Below are positions 36,866 through 38,118 of a stretch of DNA of 38,118 nt, piece by piece. The position numbers and the translations under genes were made by a program. Each line of letters begins with the position of its first letter. Position 1 is the first letter of the stretch. Source of the stretch: Candidatus Omnitrophota bacterium (lineage in GTDB: Bacteria > Omnitrophota > Gorgyraeia > JAHIPI01); the NCBI GenBank assembly GCA_016931215.1, contig JAFGFD010000135.1:1-38118 (forward strand), given 5' to 3'. The notes beneath the pieces are model-generated. The model made no database searches. It saw only the letters and a program-made list of their open reading frames with translations, and was not told the DNA's origin.

Positions 36866-38056
36866 TTACGCCATCTTCGAGGTTTCATGCCTGTGCGACG
36901 ATCTCTTGTTTCCGGAGATCTTCTTCTGCAGGTCCAATAACCTCCTATGCCTGTCTTTCTTTACCGCATCCTCTACGTTATCCTCGAACTCGCTCGATTT
37001 GGCCGGCGGTCTGGGAGAATACTTGAATATATATGCCGCATCAAACCCGATGCGTTTTAACAAATCGACCGTCTTTTCAAAATCGGTATCGCTCTCCCCG
37101 GGAAAACCCACAATGATATCCGTTGTCAAATTGCATTCAGGGACATACCGTCTGAGTTCTTCGACTAAATGCTTGTAATGGCGCACACTATAACCTCTAT
37201 TCATCGCCTTGAGAATCCTGTCCGACCCCGACTGCAGAGGCATGTGGAGGTGTTTGTAAATCTTCGGGAGGCTCCTCATCGTCGTAAAGAGCTCTACCTC
37301 CGTGTCTTTTGGGTGGCATGTGACAAACCGTATTCTTTTAACAGCCTCTATTCTATGAATATCCTCCAATAATCGTATAAAATCATAATGCGTATCCAGA
37401 TCCTTGCCGTAAGAATTGACGTTCTGGCCGAGCAGCGTAATTGCCGATATGCCCAGTTCTGTAGCGGCTTTTACTTCATCTAAAATATTGGATTTTTTTC
37501 GGGACCGCTGCCTTCCTCTCACATAAGGCACTATGCAATACGAACAAAAATTATCGCATCCCTCGCTGATAGAGACATAGGCTGAATTTCTATCTCCGTA
37601 AAAAAACGGCGTAACGCGGTCGGGCCTCTCGGTAAAATCGATGGCCAAGACCCTCTTTCTATTTTTAATCACATCGTCTATCAAGCCGGGTAATTTATAA
37701 ATAGAGGCGGGGCCGACCACCAAATCCACATGAGGCAGTCTTTTAAAGACTATATTCTTGTCCTGTTGCGCCGTGCATCCGATAAAGCCGAGGACGATGT
37801 CCGGTTTCCTTCTCTTAAGCTTTGCCAAGGTTCCCATGTTGCTGTAAGCCCGCTGTTCGGCGTGATGCCTCACGGAACATGTATTAAAAAGTATGCAGTC
37901 GGCATCCTCGATCTTCTCTGTCATCCTCCATCCCCTCTCGAGAAGGAGGCCCGAGATTATCTCCGAATCCCTGTCATTCATCTGACAGCCGAAAGTCCGG
38001 ATGTACACACTACGTCCGGCTTTGTCATAAGTCCTTCTATCTCTTGAAGTTGGCAA
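36866..38056 (-). CDS. miaB: tRNA-2-methylthio-N6-dimethylallyladenosine synthase MiaB, lacking the TRAM domain
   Basis: TFGCQMN, NTCSVR, GCDNFCSYCIVP..RG, LLGQNVNSY, IIVGFPGE, FKYSPRP; TTG start with a GAGGTG SD. Confidence 0.88.
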   Translation of the reverse strand: MPTSRDRRTYDKAGRSVYIRTFGCQMNDRDSEIISGLLLERGWRMTEKIEDADCILFNTCSVRHHAEQRAYSNMGTLAKLKRRKPDIVLGFIGCTAQQDKNIVFKRLPHVDLVVGPASIYKLPGLIDDVIKNRKRVLAIDFTERPDRVTPFFYGDRNSAYVSISEGCDNFCSYCIVPYVRGRQRSRKKSNILDEVKAATELGISAITLLGQNVNSYGKDLDTHYDFIRLLEDIHRIEAVKRIRFVTCHPKDTEVELFTTMRSLPKIYKHLHMPLQSGSDRILKAMNRGYSVRHYKHLVEELRRYVPECNLTTDIIVGFPGESDTDFEKTVDLLKRIGFDAAYIFKYSPRPPAKSSEFEDNVEDAVKKDRHRRLLDLQKKISGNKRSSHRHETSKMA

Positions 38057-38118
38057 TCTAATTGCACCTCATCTAAAAGCGTTTTGAAAGGCTCGTATAG
38101 CTCATATCTAGCGAGCTT

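Noticed and set aside
164-38047. Many 60-250 aa plus-strand and alternate-frame ORFs in the track (e.g. 7834-8526, 12122-12703, 31301-32059, 33990-34649)
   Set aside because: All overlap confident minus-strand genes and show no recognisable motifs.
37978-38118. Open minus-strand frame entering from the right edge (KLARYELYEPF...SAVR) and overlapping the miaB start
   Set aside because: It may be the tail of an upstream gene, but it is too short to identify and another frame stopping near 38073 is equally possible.

Overview
This is a gene-dense bacterial chromosome segment with 37 CDS, 36 of them on the minus strand. LptD indicates a diderm, and the gene repertoire and intergenic style suggest Omnitrophota or a related PVC-adjacent anaerobe (inference only). 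Bases 1-18718 are a surface-glycan/LPS cluster: GT4 and GT2 glycosyltransferases, a methyltransferase, two DegT aminotransferases, UDP-GlcA decarboxylase, a WbpP-like epimerase, a WbpA-like dehydrogenase, rmlDBAC-like genes, ugd, and a divergent polyprenyl-phosphate GT / GT-C membrane transferase pair. Bases 18723-38056 are housekeeping genes: lptD, transaldolase, ROK kinase, MalK-type ATPase, accD, an orphan corrinoid protein, DUF1015, VanZ, FmdB, the hrcA-grpE-dnaK-dnaJ operon with a perfect CIRCE, hflX, miaA, an MFS transporter, a TPR-SPOR protein and a TRAM-less miaB. The most unusual signal is non-coding. Six intergenic spacers contain degenerate 7-nt (and 8-nt) tandem arrays from several sequence families. 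Most are arranged as inverted arms that start at or next to the upstream stop codon, one spacer has them nested, and 16-17 bp blocks are shared between copies about 20 kb apart. They look like empty or non-autonomous sites of a gene-boundary-targeting element. Two REP-like palindromes are also present. I saw no rRNA, tRNA, CRISPR array or transposase.
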